Origin: a virus | Virus record (IMG/VR): IMGVR_UViG_3300046463_000548 | Location: 1-64,000 of that record | Direction: 5' to 3' (one strand) | Length of the DNA: 64,000 nt | Shown: one piece after another, positions 15,593 through 24,956 of the stretch | Position numbering within the stretch: the stretch's first letter is position 1 | Layout: each line of letters starts with the position of its first letter | The notes under the pieces: generated by a model | What the model was told of the DNA's origin: nothing | The model's input: only the letters and a program-made list of their open reading frames with translations | The model's database searches: none | Program-made: the position numbers and the translations under genes

Positions 15593-16828
15593 ATGTCAAT
15601 CGCGCAACACTCCGTTGCTGGCGAGGGTGAAGCTCGCCCCCAGCAGTCCGTACCCGCCGAAGTCTCAAACGATGCAGCCGCCCTTGCCGCGTTTCGCTGC
15701 GATTCGATCAACCTTCCGTGGGTTATCTTTCGCGCTGCATTCCGCGCAAACCAGATCGAACAACTGCCAGCACGCGCACGTTCTGTTCTCGCTGCCCTAG
15801 CCCGTACAGTTGACGCTAATCGCCCGTTCGCTGCGATCTTTGCCCGCCGTGAGTTATTGACCGGCCGCGCAATGCAATCGATGCGCACGTTCTATCGCAG
15901 CCTGGACGACCTAGAAGCCGCAGAACTCATCGAACGTCGTCCGCAATCCCGCTACGTTGAAGTCGGTCGATTCGGCCGTGCGAATTTGCATCTCACAGAG
16001 CGCGCAGCGCTTCTTCTTGGCTTGGTTGAGGTGCAGGCTGAGCAACTCCCTACAGCGCCCGCAGAAGCGGCTCAGACGCCCTCACATGCCGTCCGGATGC
16101 AGAGCGCTGAGCCCAGCCTTCCTTCATTTATCCGCCCGACTGCCAACGTGGCAGACGGTGCTATATATGGTGATCTTTACCCTGCTTCTTCTCAAAAGAG
16201 ACAACCGGGGCAACTGCCTGCGGACCTTCAACGTCTGCGGTCCCTGGGTTTCATTGATTTCCTGATCTTCAAACTCATGAAGGAAGCGCGAGAGAATCGC
16301 AAACGGCTCTCCGACGTTGTTGAAGCTACGTGGGAACATCTGAAGGCTGCGAAGCGACCGATCAACTATCTGCGTGCGCTGCTTCGTAGCCCTGTCGATT
16401 TCGCTCATCAATTGCGAAGCAAGGCCGAAGCTCGACACGCGGCACAACGTCAAATCGAATGCGCAGCGAACGCGGAACTCATTGCACAACGGTGTGCAGG
16501 ACAGACGTTTATCGACACTGACGGCCAGCGCAAGTACGTGCTCGATACGGACGGCCAGTCCATGACTGTGTACGTTCGTGGCGAAGGGGTGGGACGGCAG
16601 GCTGCAGGCTGGAAGGAGCAGTTCGCAGAGGCGCTTGAGAAGGGACGCATTCGTCGTGCTGCGCTCGATAACTTGGAGGCGTTCGGTCCGGCACCCGCAC
16701 AAGTGGCAACGCAGTCAGCAGCAGGGGAGGGGCCCACGTCGAACATGAAGCCCCCGGTTACCGCTCAGGTCCGTAGCCACATCGCTGGGTTGCGCGCGAT
16801 TCTTCGGACACGGCAAAATATTATGTAA
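15593..16828 (+). CDS. Plasmid/chromid replication initiator (Burkholderia-type Rep, wHTH)
   Basis: RAR.VLAALARTVD...PF..IFARRELL...S.RTFYR.L.DLE..LI.R..Q; located after parAB. Confidence 0.75.
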   Translation: MSIAQHSVAGEGEARPQQSVPAEVSNDAAALAAFRCDSINLPWVIFRAAFRANQIEQLPARARSVLAALARTVDANRPFAAIFARRELLTGRAMQSMRTFYRSLDDLEAAELIERRPQSRYVEVGRFGRANLHLTERAALLLGLVEVQAEQLPTAPAEAAQTPSHAVRMQSAEPSLPSFIRPTANVADGAIYGDLYPASSQKRQPGQLPADLQRLRSLGFIDFLIFKLMKEARENRKRLSDVVEATWEHLKAAKRPINYLRALLRSPVDFAHQLRSKAEARHAAQRQIECAANAELIAQRCAGQTFIDTDGQRKYVLDTDGQSMTVYVRGEGVGRQAAGWKEQFAEALEKGRIRRAALDNLEAFGPAPAQVATQSAAGEGPTSNMKPPVTAQVRSHIAGLRAILRTRQNIM

Positions 16829-17122
16829 GGAGTACATACTACATTAGACGAACGCTGCGCTTGGGTGTCGTGTTGATGGTTTGTGATTCCGTGAAACACT
16901 TCGGGACCTAGCTGAAAACGGGCAAACGTTTGGCTATTCAGCGACTTGGCGCTAGGTCCTCAGTTTGTTTCACGGATTTGTCAGGAAATCCCTACGCGGA
17001 TCGAGCAAAACGGCTCGTTTTCTGGCCCAGCGCACGCGGAGCACAGCATTCGCTGGAAACTGTAGTGAATGCTACGTATTTTGTAATGACGAAATTCTCG
17101 GCCACCACTCGCGGAAAACGTA

Positions 17123-17150
17123 TTGACGTTTTGTGCAGACGGCGTAAAAT
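17123..17150 (+). promoter_or_regulatory. Sigma70-like promoter TTGACG-N16-TAAAAT with conserved box
   Basis: TTGACGTTTTGTGC...TAAAAT. Confidence 0.8.
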
Positions 17151-17188
17151 CGGGTTTGTCGGATGTGAACGAACCGGAGCAAGAATAA

Positions 17189-17362
17189 ATGGCCTCAAAC
17201 GAAAAGGTGTACTTCATCGAAACCGATGACCTAGCTAAGCTGGATCGTCTAGCCGACCGGATGATGGGCGGCACTGATCAGGAACGCGATTTCGGTCACA
17301 CGCTCTGGTACGTCCTGGGCCGGGTACGCAAGAACGAGCTTGACGCGAGCGTGTTGAAGTAA
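17189..17362 (+). CDS. Small hypothetical protein (57 aa, not in track)
   Basis: GGAG RBS, first ORF after promoter: MASNEKVYFIETDDL... Confidence 0.6.
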   Translation: MASNEKVYFIETDDLAKLDRLADRMMGGTDQERDFGHTLWYVLGRVRKNELDASVLK

Positions 17363-17401
17363 CGCGGCACCGGCAGTTTCTGAAACTATGTGGAGTGCAT
17401 C

Positions 17402-17671
17402 ATGTGTGTAGCTCAAATCAGCAGCGCCCAAGACGAACTGATGGCCCTGATCCGCAAAGCTCAGTCGCGCGGCCTGAACGTAGTGAATATCGAATTCGAG
17501 GAAAGGGCTCTGGCGGAAGAGGGCGCGTTCATCATCGACACCGTGCAGGTTGCAAGCAAAGGTTTCGGACCGTATCCGCTTGGACATATCGCGGCACGAG
17601 AGCGTATTGCCGAATGGCTGTGGAAGCAGTCGCCCGCGTACAAGGCTCCGTCCTTCCTCGGTCGTATCTGA
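17402..17671 (+). CDS. Hypothetical protein
   Basis: GGAG RBS. Confidence 0.55.
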   Translation: MCVAQISSAQDELMALIRKAQSRGLNVVNIEFEERALAEEGAFIIDTVQVASKGFGPYPLGHIAARERIAEWLWKQSPAYKAPSFLGRI

Positions 17672-17859
17672 TGGACGAGCCGACATTCGACGTACCTCTG
17701 ACGGAGGGCGAAATCATCATAATCCGCGAAGCCCTTCGCAAGTTTCCGCGTTCGCACGAAATGGCAACCCCGTACGATGCGGAAATTATGAGCGCAGATC
17801 GCAAGATGACTGAGTTCCTGGCCGCGTCATTCGATCAGCAGATGGGCCTCAAAAAGTAA
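17671..17859 (+). CDS. Hypothetical protein
   Basis: TGATG overlap. Confidence 0.55.
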   Translation: MDEPTFDVPLTEGEIIIIREALRKFPRSHEMATPYDAEIMSADRKMTEFLAASFDQQMGLKK

Positions 17860-17880
17860 TTTCAAACCTAAACGGAAAGC

Positions 17881-18474
17881 ATGGAAAAAGTAATTGCGTT
17901 AGACGGGGATGGGGTGGTGTTCGATTACCGCAAGGCGTACCCAGGAGTCTGGAAAGCCGCCTTCGGCACCGACATCATTATGGTGGAACCGAATGCCTAC
18001 CACGCGCATACGGCGCACGGTGTCCAGTTCGAGAGCGCGGAGCAGGAAGCGCAATTCTTCGAACACTTCGGTGAAGATGCGTGGGCAACGATGCCGCTTA
18101 TGGATGGTGCTGACGAGGCGTGTTCGCTGCTCGTCGGCTGTGGCTACAAGCTTGTGATCGTCTCGTCAATGAATCCGAAATTCGAAGCCGCGCGTTTGAG
18201 CAACTGCAAGCTGCATGGCCTGCCCATCTCTGAGGTCTACGCAGTGAAGCGGGCAGGGGAGGGCAATCCAAAATTGCAGGTGCTGCACGATCTGCAGCCG
18301 GTCGCTCTGGTTGACGATCTGGTGGACAACTTCGAGGGGCTGAACCAGTCGATTCACTCAGCGTTCATCAACTACCAACGCTTCGACTGTCCTAGCATCG
18401 GCCGCACGTTGCTGTCAGATAGCGTGCACGGATCGCTTCTGGAGTTCGCGAAGTTCTGGACCTATCCGAAGTAG
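17881..18474 (+). CDS. HAD-superfamily phosphatase (nucleotidase-like)
   Basis: Motif I DGDGV, motif II VSS, motif III K, motif IV VDD. Confidence 0.85.
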   Translation: MEKVIALDGDGVVFDYRKAYPGVWKAAFGTDIIMVEPNAYHAHTAHGVQFESAEQEAQFFEHFGEDAWATMPLMDGADEACSLLVGCGYKLVIVSSMNPKFEAARLSNCKLHGLPISEVYAVKRAGEGNPKLQVLHDLQPVALVDDLVDNFEGLNQSIHSAFINYQRFDCPSIGRTLLSDSVHGSLLEFAKFWTYPK

Positions 18475-18503
18475 TTGCACAAAACGTCAACATCCCATAT
18501 ACT
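18475..18503 (+). promoter_or_regulatory. Sigma70-like promoter TTGCAC-N17-TATACT with inverted conserved box (18477-18490)
   Basis: GCACAAAACGTCAA = rc TTGACGTTTTGTGC. Confidence 0.75.
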
Positions 18504-18532
18504 GAATCTGTGGGTTCACCAGGGGATGCAAA

Positions 18533-18694
18533 ATGTCTGAGTTAGCGAGGCACCTTCGATTTAACGTACTGGTAGCCAGGCGCGCTTTTCCGGACAATCC
18601 CGCGTGGACCGAAGAAGCAGCGTTCATAGCTGGCTTGCTGATCGCGGGTGAGTACGACCGCGATCTTTTCGAAGAAATGCTGGAGGCACTCTGA
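18533..18694 (+). CDS. Small hypothetical protein (53 aa, not in track)
   Basis: AGGGG RBS after promoter: MSELARHLRF... Confidence 0.55.
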   Translation: MSELARHLRFNVLVARRAFPDNPAWTEEAAFIAGLLIAGEYDRDLFEEMLEAL

Positions 18695-18695
18695 C

Positions 18696-18908
18696 ATGGC
18701 GCTTACCATCAAAAAGGAAAGCCTGATTGACTGGTTTGTCGAAGACGACAGCAAGCCGCCTGCTACTCGTGTTGTTGCCCGCATCACGAAGACGACCCAG
18801 GGGTACCATGTGGCGCTCCGACTGTTCGATTTCAAAGAGCCGTACTTCTTCCAGTACTTTAAGGAAGCAAAGGCATGTGCGCTCGATCCTGCTTCGCAAC
18901 CCGACTGA
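18696..18908 (+). CDS. Hypothetical protein
   Basis: GGAGG RBS. Confidence 0.6.
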   Translation: MALTIKKESLIDWFVEDDSKPPATRVVARITKTTQGYHVALRLFDFKEPYFFQYFKEAKACALDPASQPD

Positions 18909-18926
18909 CTCTCACAGAGGGAACAA

Positions 18927-19154
18927 ATGAATAAGATTGCAGTGTTTGACCAGATCGACGCGGCATTGATTGCAGGTGAGCTTCCGCCGAAATGCGCTAA
19001 TGCTTGGATGGCGGCTGGCGACAACGCCACCGGTACGGAAGGGTCAGACGAGTTCAAGATTTCGGCCGTCGAATCGTTGTCGCTGACCGCACCGTTTCAA
19101 GAAAACGAGTCGGTTCGTGAATACTTCGATACCAAGTTCGGCTACCAGTGGTAA
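18927..19154 (+). CDS. Hypothetical protein
   Basis: GAGGG RBS. Confidence 0.6.
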   Translation: MNKIAVFDQIDAALIAGELPPKCANAWMAAGDNATGTEGSDEFKISAVESLSLTAPFQENESVREYFDTKFGYQW

Positions 19155-19534
19155 CCGCCGACACCTCTCATCAAGACCAAACTGCCATGACCAGCCATAA
19201 ACTCTTCGTACCACCGATGCTAGGAAAGCCAGAGCCGGTGGCGTATCTCACTTACGAGGGGGAGACCTTCGAAATCGAATACACCCTCATGCACTGGCTA
19301 GCTGGCTGGGTACGTATGGGCGCTTCACAATCCAGCGTTGGTATCGGCATCGTGCAGAACACAACGGCGGCCTTCGATCACGTGGCGGCGGCAATGTGTT
19401 GGGATGCGAATCCGCCACCGGAAGATGAGCATACGAAAATGCTGCGACGTGTCGGACACAAGGTTGCGCGGCCGGTGTTCGAGCTTCCGAATCCTAGTCT
19501 CACAGTCACCGCAAAGGCGCAATCATGTTCGTAG
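19148..19534 (+). CDS. Hypothetical protein
   Basis: Operon packing, start uncertain. Confidence 0.55.
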   Translation: MVTADTSHQDQTAMTSHKLFVPPMLGKPEPVAYLTYEGETFEIEYTLMHWLAGWVRMGASQSSVGIGIVQNTTAAFDHVAAAMCWDANPPPEDEHTKMLRRVGHKVARPVFELPNPSLTVTAKAQSCS

Positions 19535-19734
19535 TCCACTATCACTCAAAGAACGGCGGCTACTTTCTTTACGGAGAAGGTGATCAACCCCAAAACTACG
19601 GAGGTACCCATAAATTCTCGGAAGCCGCCAAATTCACAACCAAAAAGAGGGCCCAGGAGATGGGCGAAGCCTACCTGCGTATGAGTCGTAGTAACCCGGA
19701 GACCTCAGGGATGGTAGTCCTCAAGCCCGCCTAA
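19525..19734 (+). CDS. Hypothetical protein
   Basis: AAGG RBS. Confidence 0.55.
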   Translation: MFVVHYHSKNGGYFLYGEGDQPQNYGGTHKFSEAAKFTTKKRAQEMGEAYLRMSRSNPETSGMVVLKPA

Positions 19735-19744
19735 TTCTGTGGAA

Positions 19745-20119
19745 ATGAGACAATTCAGTAATCTCAAAAAGCCCAAATCTGGCGAAGCCTGTAACGGCTG
19801 CGGATACTGTTGTACCGTGGAGCCGTGCATGCTCGCGCAAGATTTCCTGCACAGCAGCAGCGGGCCGTGCGTTGCGCTGGAAACTGTGGAGGGCAGATTC
19901 ATGTGCGGGCTCGTGCGTAACCCACTAGGGTACCTGTTCAAAGCAGCGCACCCGGAAATGGAGGTCCCTGTCCTAGAAGCTCCCCCAGCGGTGAAGGAAG
20001 GGTACCAGCTATCCGTCAACTTCGCAGCGGCCTTGGGCATCGGCATGGGCTGCGATGCGGACGACGATGAGAAGTCGGCCGCTTGGGCTCAAGCCTTCTA
20101 CCCACGACCTTCCGAATAG
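19745..20119 (+). CDS. Cys-cluster (CxxCxxCC) metal-binding protein
   Basis: CNGCGYCC...PC..L.....C.L...GCD. Confidence 0.7.
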   Translation: MRQFSNLKKPKSGEACNGCGYCCTVEPCMLAQDFLHSSSGPCVALETVEGRFMCGLVRNPLGYLFKAAHPEMEVPVLEAPPAVKEGYQLSVNFAAALGIGMGCDADDDEKSAAWAQAFYPRPSE

Positions 20120-20123
20120 ACGA

Positions 20124-20168
20124 AAAAAGCCCCGCAACCTGATCTAAGTTTGCGGGGCTTTTGCTTTT
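20124..20168. terminator. Bidirectional terminator
   Basis: AAAAGCCCCGCAA...TTGCGGGGCTTTT between convergent genes. Confidence 0.85.
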
Positions 20169-21558
20169 ACTCAGCGTGTACCAGAAGCTTATGCGCCACC
20201 GGTTGCTGCTGCTGCTGCACGTGCGTCAAATGCTCGTCTGACTGTAGCTTTTCGAGCGCGGCCTGAATACAAACCTCCTGCCACTGGCTAGGAGTCCAAG
20301 CGACGCTCTGATCAGCGTGCTCGCGCATCAACTGTTCGATGATATCGGGCCAGTCCTTCAGGATTTTCTGCGCCATCCGTAGTCTGTTTTCCTGATTGAT
20401 GTACCCGACCTCGATCACCGAATCGACACGGCCAGGGCGAGTCGAAATGCCGGAACCTTCTTCCTTGACAACACCCAGCGCCGGGTCTATCTGCTCGATA
20501 TGGTTTGTCGTGATGATCAAGAAAACACCGTTCAGCGACGACACTCCAGAAATCTGATTGAGCACACAGTCGAAGCTCAGCGACTTGTGCTCCGTCTGGT
20601 TCTCGCGTCCGTGGAACACGTTATCGAAGTCTTCGAATAGCGCGATACAGGGAACGTTCATCGACTCCCAGTGCTCAATGAACTCCTGATCGGACAGTGT
20701 GGCCAGATAGAAGTGGTTGATCGGGATTCCAAGATTCTGGGCCACGGCTTTGGCTATGCTCGATTTACCAGTCCCTCCCGGACCATGCAGCAGCCAACCA
20801 CGACGCCACGGAATCTGGCGATCCAGATACCAGTCACCCATCTGGAGCCAGCGCGAAGCCTGCTCGAAATACTTCAAGATGCGAGGCTCAAAGAAGAGCC
20901 CGTTCAGCGCATCTTCGTCATCCCGGATCGCGTAGGTATCCGGCGCATACTTGAATGAGCGATCAAGCGTCAGATCAGGACGCAGCAACGAGCTTCCGCT
21001 GACTGTGTTACCCACCGGGGACGTCTCATCAATATAACCAGAATCGGCCTGCTTCCGCTTATAGTTGGTGAGGGCAGCGCCCATACCCTTCTCTGATCCT
21101 ATGATCTTGCGCACCCAGAAACGAGAATCGCGCTTCTTGCTGTTCAGCTTCAGGTGCTCATCCCAGGAGTCGAGAGCGTCCGACGTGAGCTTGTCGAAGT
21201 TGATCAGCCCGCGAATCGCCCGGATTTGAAGCTGGCTCGAATCCGCGTTCACGACCATGAATGCGCGCTTGCCTACGTACACCGAAATGGGAGCCGGGAG
21301 CCGGAATGGGACAAGGACTGCGTCCTTGCGTCCGCGCATGGTTGTGACTCGATGCGAAACGTAGTTAAGCAGGCCAGACGGCAGCGGTTTGTAGTTGCGC
21401 TTCAGGTAGGCGTAAACAACCGGCGACAGGTCGTGATCGAAGCTTGCCTTGATCAGCACAAAGCTCGAAACGTAGCCCATAGCATTCCTAATCTGCTGCC
21501 ATCCGGCCGTCAGTGCCGCAGCCAACCCACCTAGTCCAAGAGTCGTCAGGTTGATCAT
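20167..21558 (-). CDS. AAA+ ATPase, BCS1-like, with N-terminal hydrophobic segment
   Basis: WY....IPWRRGWLLHGPGGTGKSS, LFEDFD, ITTNH...DPAL...RPGRVD. Confidence 0.85.
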   Translation of the reverse strand: MINLTTLGLGGLAAALTAGWQQIRNAMGYVSSFVLIKASFDHDLSPVVYAYLKRNYKPLPSGLLNYVSHRVTTMRGRKDAVLVPFRLPAPISVYVGKRAFMVVNADSSQLQIRAIRGLINFDKLTSDALDSWDEHLKLNSKKRDSRFWVRKIIGSEKGMGAALTNYKRKQADSGYIDETSPVGNTVSGSSLLRPDLTLDRSFKYAPDTYAIRDDEDALNGLFFEPRILKYFEQASRWLQMGDWYLDRQIPWRRGWLLHGPGGTGKSSIAKAVAQNLGIPINHFYLATLSDQEFIEHWESMNVPCIALFEDFDNVFHGRENQTEHKSLSFDCVLNQISGVSSLNGVFLIITTNHIEQIDPALGVVKEEGSGISTRPGRVDSVIEVGYINQENRLRMAQKILKDWPDIIEQLMREHADQSVAWTPSQWQEVCIQAALEKLQSDEHLTHVQQQQQPVAHKLLVHAE

Positions 21559-22046
21559 GTGGCGGCACCCCACGCCCAGGAGTTCGCTGCGTCATCAGGA
21601 TGAAACATCGCTTGGCAGATTACTTCGGCCTTGTCCCGGTCCACGATGATGTAGCGCCGTTCGTGGTTGGCGAAGCGCGCGTGTGCGTACGCATGCTCCA
21701 GCGCATCGGCGTAGGAATCAGCCGATGCGATCAGGTGCGTTGTGTCCTCTTCCACCGTATTCGTGTACACCAAGAATTTACGGTAACCATCGGTTGTTAG
21801 GTCTCGCACAGGAAAGTCAAAACCATGCGCCGTAAGCGAGGACGGAATCAGACGACCCACAAACTGATCACCGTATTTAAACGGTGCCCAATCTGGAGCC
21901 TCCACCACTTTGATCATCTGCGAACCCGCAAACTCGCCTGAAATCACGGGACCACACAACTGCCCGTAGAACAGAATGGTGGGCCAGAACTCGCGCGTTA
22001 AGGCGTGGTCGGTGTTGGCTACGTAGAAACGAATGTCACTGTTCAT
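21555..22046 (-). CDS. Hypothetical protein
   Basis: Coupled overlaps on both sides. Confidence 0.65.
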   Translation of the reverse strand: MNSDIRFYVANTDHALTREFWPTILFYGQLCGPVISGEFAGSQMIKVVEAPDWAPFKYGDQFVGRLIPSSLTAHGFDFPVRDLTTDGYRKFLVYTNTVEEDTTHLIASADSYADALEHAYAHARFANHERRYIIVDRDKAEVICQAMFHPDDAANSWAWGAAT

Positions 22047-23410
22047 TAGATGTCGGCAGCAAGGTTAGGGAGGTTTTTACGTTTAGGCTTGATTGATCCG
22101 TCTTTGGCGGCCTTTCCATCTTTCGCGCCGGATTCTGGTATCGAGCCTAGTGCGTCATCGTTCGGCGCGGACTCAACACGCATACGTGCGTAGTCCATAC
22201 GAACCTTGAACTTGAAGCGTCGTGAGTTACGCGACTTCGGCTGATCAATCTCCATGATCCCGGTCTCTTTGTTATCTTCCGTTGCGACCCAAATCCATGA
22301 ATTGTTCGAGTGTTCGGAGATAGCGCGGGAATACCGAATCTTGCCGGTCTCGTCCACCTGGCAGAGCAGAATGTTCAGCCGGTCTTCAGCACCTGCGTTG
22401 ATCTTGCCGTAGCGTGCTGTTGACGACAGTGCACGCCACATATCATCGCCATCGGTGCCCTTGAGCAGCGAGATATAGTCCACAATCGTCGCATCGTAGT
22501 CAAACGCAGATGTCGCGGCGTAGACCTCTTCCAAGGTCATGTCCTCTTCTGGTTTGTAGATGGTGTAGCGCCCCCCGGCTTCCCGCACCTGACGCATCCA
22601 CCGCTTCATCCGCTTCTCTGCGAGCGCCTTCTCTCCGGTCGCTAGCCCCTGAGTCAGAATCGACGTTAGATCGTAGCCCGTGATGTTAGCCATCGCGCGG
22701 CACGTCATTTCGTCTTCAGTCATTTCGAGAGGAACGACGAGGACGCGGTAACCGCGCATAGCCATACCCAGAGCCATCGCATTTGCCATCAGCGATTTAC
22801 CACCGCCTGAGTTCGCGCCGATTGTCACGAGCGACCCGCGCGTGAACCCCTTCGCTACTTCGTCAAAGGCTTCGATGGTTGAGGGGATAATCTGCTCTGA
22901 CCGATCATCGTAGAGAATCGACTTGATGCGGCCCAACGAATTGTTGTTCACACCGAAGTGAACGAACGATTGCTTGCTGGACTTTCTCGAACGTGCGTCG
23001 CTTAAGCTCAGCGAAGTCTGTTCGAGCAGTTGATCAATATCTACTTTGGAGGCTTGCATCGAATCATTAATCGATGCAGCGATGTTGAAAAGACTACGCG
23101 CCTGTCTATACTTATTTAACGACGCTACAGCTTTATTCGCTTCGGGGATCGTTGTGACTACAGCTTCTGAATCCCGCAAGTGCTGACGTGCACCCTCGCT
23201 TAGCCCCGGGTCGTCAATCATCAATCTGTAGGTCGGGGATTCGCCAGTGTCCTTCATGTGCTTGCGAATCGCGTGGTACACCTCTACAGATTCGGGGAAG
23301 TGGAAATACGATTCGTCAATCTGACCCAAGATCGTACCGGCGATTCGCTTATCCCTGTTGCAGGCTCCCCGAAGCACTGCCAGTTCAACTGACGGTCTAG
23401 CCAGCTTCAT
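22046..23410 (-). CDS. dnaB: DnaB-like (SF4) replicative helicase
   Basis: GANSGGGKS Walker A, PLEM, IVDYISLL, C-terminal KSRN. Confidence 0.9.
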   Translation of the reverse strand: MKLARPSVELAVLRGACNRDKRIAGTILGQIDESYFHFPESVEVYHAIRKHMKDTGESPTYRLMIDDPGLSEGARQHLRDSEAVVTTIPEANKAVASLNKYRQARSLFNIAASINDSMQASKVDIDQLLEQTSLSLSDARSRKSSKQSFVHFGVNNNSLGRIKSILYDDRSEQIIPSTIEAFDEVAKGFTRGSLVTIGANSGGGKSLMANAMALGMAMRGYRVLVVPLEMTEDEMTCRAMANITGYDLTSILTQGLATGEKALAEKRMKRWMRQVREAGGRYTIYKPEEDMTLEEVYAATSAFDYDATIVDYISLLKGTDGDDMWRALSSTARYGKINAGAEDRLNILLCQVDETGKIRYSRAISEHSNNSWIWVATEDNKETGIMEIDQPKSRNSRRFKFKVRMDYARMRVESAPNDDALGSIPESGAKDGKAAKDGSIKPKRKNLPNLAADI

Positions 23411-23440
23411 GCATACCTCTTGTGAACAAGTCTATATTCT

Positions 23441-23932
23441 TTATTTACTGCCGCACGCGGGTTCGTCGCAAACCACGACATATCGACCGGACGGAGACAT
23501 CAGGTGCATGCCCCAGATGTCATATCTGTAGTGAACGTGTCCCGCGTGTCCCGAAAGGCAGAGGAACACATCAACGTTCAGGTTCCTGTCCACGATGTCG
23601 GACGCAGTGTTATTTGACGCGTCACACACGATCAGGAAGTCATACAGTTTGCGTTGGTTCTGGAAACTCAAACAAACATCCCTCATCTCGAAGATGATAG
23701 TTTTGCGTGTTATGTCGTCGTTCAGGTCGTAGCGGCGGGCGTCGTAGACTTGCTTCAGTAGCTCCGGAAGTTCGAGGTCTGGGACCGGAGGGAGAACCGC
23801 AGCGACAGGGGGTTTTTCTGGTGGCAGCACAAACGGTGCCGCCTTGAGTGACGCAACCTGCGCTGATACTTTGAGCGACGCAGCGGCAGCGGGAATAGCA
23901 GCCAGCATCTGGATAAATGATCGGCGTTTCAT
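23441..23932 (-). CDS. Twin-arginine-signal protein carrying a tail-sheath C-terminal-like domain
   Basis: MKRRSFIQMLAA...; NDDITR...YDFLIVCDASNNT..DI...NL.VDVFL; AAGGA RBS at re-called start. Confidence 0.65.
   Translation of the reverse strand: MKRRSFIQMLAAIPAAAASLKVSAQVASLKAAPFVLPPEKPPVAAVLPPVPDLELPELLKQVYDARRYDLNDDITRKTIIFEMRDVCLSFQNQRKLYDFLIVCDASNNTASDIVDRNLNVDVFLCLSGHAGHVHYRYDIWGMHLMSPSGRYVVVCDEPACGSK
23442..23449 (-). promoter_or_regulatory. AGTAAATA motif upstream of dnaB-like gene
   Basis: Same 8-mer precedes six minus-strand units. Confidence 0.6.
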
Positions 23933-24207
23933 TAGTGTTCCTTGTTTATGTACGCGTCGAGAAGCGGTGTCACGACCTGGGCATCTACAAGCTTTGCGAA
24001 GTTCGACACAGAGGGGGTGTCGGGCGCAGAGCTTAAGAAGAACCGCGACAGTCCGAACTCCTTTGCCAATAGAGCGTTGAACCACTCGTTGTAGGCTTTG
24101 ACCGCGTGGTTGAATGCTGAAATCGCTACTGCAGCAGCCGACCAGCCACGACCGACACTGCGCTTCAGGCGCGTGAGGTTGCGCCTCTTGATTGACCGAA
24201 CGTTCAT
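23932..24207 (-). CDS. Hypothetical protein
   Basis: Coupled overlap, GGAG RBS. Confidence 0.55.
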   Translation of the reverse strand: MNVRSIKRRNLTRLKRSVGRGWSAAAVAISAFNHAVKAYNEWFNALLAKEFGLSRFFLSSAPDTPSVSNFAKLVDAQVVTPLLDAYINKEH

Positions 24208-24956
24208 CAAATAATCTCCACGCGTCGGCGTAGCAGAGCCTCGCTGAAGTAGGCAAGCGCGTTGATTGGTGTGTACAGCTTCGTGCTGTGGAACGAGATG
24301 GGGTCTTCCCCGGCAGAAACGACGATGCGCGGAATCTTTTGGAAGCGCTCGATCAGATCGCGCGCCTTGTCGAGCTTCACGGTCGTAGCGTTGGGCGTCA
24401 GATTCGAGATGACGAGGATGGTTGGGTCCCGTTCTTCGTCACCGTGCTCCTTGTCGTACTTCCGCATGATCGGGTTTTCGAATCCGCCGTACAGAGTCGC
24501 CCATTCGATACGCGCGTCTTTCACCTTCGCTAGATGGATCGACAACAGATACGCGGCAAACAGCTTGGCTTTGGTGTCGTCCGGAGCACCTGACACCCCG
24601 TAGATCATCGGGGCGGCCGGGTCTTCCATGAACAGAGACAGCGAGTCGTTCTGAACTCGCGCCTCGATCACCTTTTCGTTCAGCTTCTCCGATTCCAGAC
24701 CGAACGGAGTAGGGTCCCATTTGAAGGCAGGAATTGCCCACACGTGACCCGGAACGCAGCGGCGCAGTGTTTCGGTTTGCTTAACTGCAATTCGCGTTGG
24801 CAGTTGCGTATCAGAAACCTCTACAGCGGGTTGCGGCTTCTTGGTTGAGGTGTCGATAACCGCCTCATCCTCCGGGCGGTAGGCAGGAGCTTTTGACGGG
24901 GCCTTGCGGCCTTGGTACACGCGGCGCTGCGGTGCGCCCCCTTTAACTTCGTTCAT
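24207..24956 (-). CDS. Hypothetical protein, possibly degenerate P-loop (helicase-loader-like)
   Basis: IYGVSG...KAK..AAYL and ILVISNL strand pattern; near helicase. Confidence 0.5.
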   Translation of the reverse strand: MNEVKGGAPQRRVYQGRKAPSKAPAYRPEDEAVIDTSTKKPQPAVEVSDTQLPTRIAVKQTETLRRCVPGHVWAIPAFKWDPTPFGLESEKLNEKVIEARVQNDSLSLFMEDPAAPMIYGVSGAPDDTKAKLFAAYLLSIHLAKVKDARIEWATLYGGFENPIMRKYDKEHGDEERDPTILVISNLTPNATTVKLDKARDLIERFQKIPRIVVSAGEDPISFHSTKLYTPINALAYFSEALLRRRVEII

